Below, in pieces: positions 30,507 to 32,000 of a stretch of DNA of 32,000 nt (within the stretch, counting starts at the first letter, position 1; the number at the start of each line of letters is the position of its first letter). Below the pieces are notes generated by a model. That model did no database searches and was not told the DNA's origin. It saw only the letters and a program-made list of their open reading frames with translations. The stretch comes from Patescibacteria group bacterium (GTDB lineage Bacteria; Patescibacteriota; Patescibacteriia; 2-12-FULL-60-25), in contig JBNLCE010000005.1 of the NCBI GenBank assembly GCA_050303655.1, forward strand, positions 1 through 32,000, in the 5' to 3' direction. A program made the position numbers and the translations under genes.

Positions 30507-30600
30507 GTCCCCTTTGCATGGGGGTTAAAAATGGCTTATTTTAGGGAAGATTTTGACGAAACGCTCGCGAACCGCTACAAAACCCCCTATAATTACCTCT

Positions 30601-31365
30601 ATGACACCTCTCCTCTACGCGCTCCTCGCCGGAGCCCTCATCAGCGCGATGGCCTTTGTTGGCGCGCTTTCAATCCTCGTTGCCCGCAAGCAACAAGCTA
30701 AAATCCTCGCGGCGCTCGTCGCCTTTGCGGCCGGAACCCTTCTTGGAGGCGCTTTTTTTCACCTCCTCCCGGAGTCAGTTGAAGAAGGTGGGCCAACGTT
30801 CGAAGCGGCATTGATCGGAATCATACTCTTTTTTGTACTCGATTCTCTCATCTGGCTTTACCATTGCCACGGAGGACACCAGCTCCATGAATCACACCAA
30901 CATGGCTCATGCCCCGTAAAACCGGTTGGCTATCTCAATCTTATTGGCGATGCGATCCACAACATTACAGATGGGATCATCATCGGATCCACATTTTTGG
31001 TAAGTATCCCACTTGGAATTGTCACGAGCGTTGCTGTTGCACTGCATGAAATTCCGCAAGAACTCTCTGATTTCGGCATTCTCCTTCACTCCGGGTTTAA
31101 AAAGAAAACCGCGCTCATCCTCAATTTTGCCGTTGCACTCACCATCCTCACGGGGATCCTTGCGGTTTTTGCCGCCCAGGAACTTTTTGAGTCCGCCACG
31201 CTCTACACAGTACCGTTTGCCGCTGGAGGATTCATCTACATCGCCTGTACAAACCTTCTTTCAGAAATCAAAGAGGAAGAAAAGATTAAAAAACGAGCCG
31301 TTCAAGCTCTCTTCTTTATCGCAGGCATCCTCCTTATGCTCGGAACGCGCAGTTGGCTCGAATGA
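30601..31365 (+). CDS. ZIP-family (ZupT-like) divalent metal transporter
   Basis: HNITDGIIIG and HEIPQELSDFGILL motifs, ~8 TM helices. The ATG at 30601 is preferred (MTPLLYALLAG...); the track start at 30553 is TTG. TATAAT at 30588-30593 lies 7 nt before the ATG, so the transcript may be leaderless. Confidence 0.85.
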   Translation: MTPLLYALLAGALISAMAFVGALSILVARKQQAKILAALVAFAAGTLLGGAFFHLLPESVEEGGPTFEAALIGIILFFVLDSLIWLYHCHGGHQLHESHQHGSCPVKPVGYLNLIGDAIHNITDGIIIGSTFLVSIPLGIVTSVAVALHEIPQELSDFGILLHSGFKKKTALILNFAVALTILTGILAVFAAQELFESATLYTVPFAAGGFIYIACTNLLSEIKEEEKIKKRAVQALFFIAGILLMLGTRSWLE

Positions 31366-31646
31366 GCTATAATACACGCATGCCGCGACCTCATCGCCTC
31401 ATAAAATCATTGCGTAAATCGATCCGCAAAAAAAAGAAAAAGGTTCCGATTCGGGACTTGGCACATGAAGTTCACCGCGTGGCGAATGTTTTGGAAAAAC
31501 AAAATCGCTTCTCTCGACGATTTGTAATGGCTCTTATTGTCGGATTCGGCACGGCTATCGGCGCGACAGTCGTTGCCGCATTTGGCATCATTTTTCTCCG
31601 CGGATTTTTGTTGGAATTATTCGGCATCGATATTGGGGACGTATGA
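31362..31646 (+). CDS. Small basic/TM protein
   Basis: The ATG at 31362 overlaps the ZIP gene stop (ATGA). Lys/Arg-rich N-terminus and one C-terminal TM helix (FVMALIVGFGTAIGATVVAAFGIIFL). Confidence 0.6.
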   Translation: MSYNTRMPRPHRLIKSLRKSIRKKKKKVPIRDLAHEVHRVANVLEKQNRFSRRFVMALIVGFGTAIGATVVAAFGIIFLRGFLLELFGIDIGDV

Positions 31647-32000
31647 AACAAATCGGAATCATCCTCATTGGAATCCTTCTCGTCGGCGGAGGGTGCACCG
31701 AACAGAAGAACCAAACCCGTCATGACGAGTGGGAGTCTGTTACGGGCGTGAATCTTCTCTTAAAAGCAAAGCCCCAAAATGGATCCCCTGTTGTGGTGCA
31801 TCGCCCAAGTATCAACCGACGATTCCGCGCGCAGATTGGCCCCACCTTTGAAGATCGAAACGGGAGCTACCCCATGACCGACGGTGCAACAATCGAACTC
31901 CAACTCGGCGTTCTTGGAACTCCGGAAGAAGACCGCGAGCAACTTAAGCAGTTGGACCGGCTTTCGCTTTTTGATGAAGGCACGTTCGAAGGCTGGCACG
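31643..32000 (+). CDS. Lipoprotein (3' end off window)
   Basis: The ATG at 31643 overlaps the previous stop (ATGA). MKQIGIILIGILLVGGGC lipobox. The frame stays open to the window edge. It is absent from the ORF track, which instead lists an antisense ORF at 31760-31999. Confidence 0.6.
   Translation, partial: MKQIGIILIGILLVGGGCTEQKNQTRHDEWESVTGVNLLLKAKPQNGSPVVVHRPSINRRFRAQIGPTFEDRNGSYPMTDGATIELQLGVLGTPEEDREQLKQLDRLSLFDEGTFEGWH

Noticed and set aside
31760-31999. 79-aa minus-strand ORF at the window end
   Set aside because: It is antisense to an open plus-strand frame that starts with an ATGA-coupled lipoprotein signal peptide (31643) and continues past the window edge.

Overview
The window is a 32-kb chromosomal segment with roughly 55% GC by eye. 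It comes from a bacterium with a Gram-positive-type envelope (sortase plus an LPXTG substrate). The gene content (RRM protein, class III RNR, small gene sets, tight gene overlaps) fits an uncultured or CPR-like lineage, but that is inference only.

Most of the window is conventional:
- Copper module: a DsbD_2/cupredoxin permease and copA.
- Stress and redox genes: msrA, a GFA-family protein, and a cytochrome b5-like / DoxX-like / rhodanese trio.
- tRNA-Trp(CCA).
- A dideoxy-sugar and lipid-linked glycosylation cluster: a 4,6-dehydratase, an RfbH/ColD-like 3-dehydrase fused to an SDR, a GT2, and a divergent GT-C.
- Housekeeping genes: gpmA, a YibE/F protein and purH.
- A sortase overlapping a ~1020-aa internally duplicated LPRTG surface protein.
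- A secreted beta-helix membrane protein, a VIT1 transporter, an RRM RNA-binding protein and a DoxX protein.
- nrdD-nrdG behind two NrdR boxes.
- A ZIP transporter.

The part no standard annotation explains is 28.0-30.5 kb. It is a minus-strand unit with four components:
- A near-consensus promoter.
- A ~205-nt leader carrying a terminator/antiterminator pair.
- Eight tiny ORFs (34-118 aa) with Shine-Dalgarno sites. Several are missing or mis-framed in the supplied ORF track, and three are paralogs.
- Four copies of a hairpin placed 7-10 nt after stop codons, with a GAGY loop and compensatory changes in the stem.

I cannot place this unit in any known family or system from the sequence alone.

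Other items worth a second look:
- The sortase has no cysteine; Ser replaces the catalytic Cys.
- The dehydrase has His in place of the PLP lysine, lacks the RfbH Fe-S cysteines, and is fused to an SDR.
- A Mu Com-like zinc-ribbon ORF sits inside the NrdR-controlled nrdDG leader.
- An exact 26-bp repeat lies upstream of two consecutive genes.
- A double-hairpin palindromic element lies in a 5' UTR.

All family assignments rest on motifs read by eye. No database search was run.
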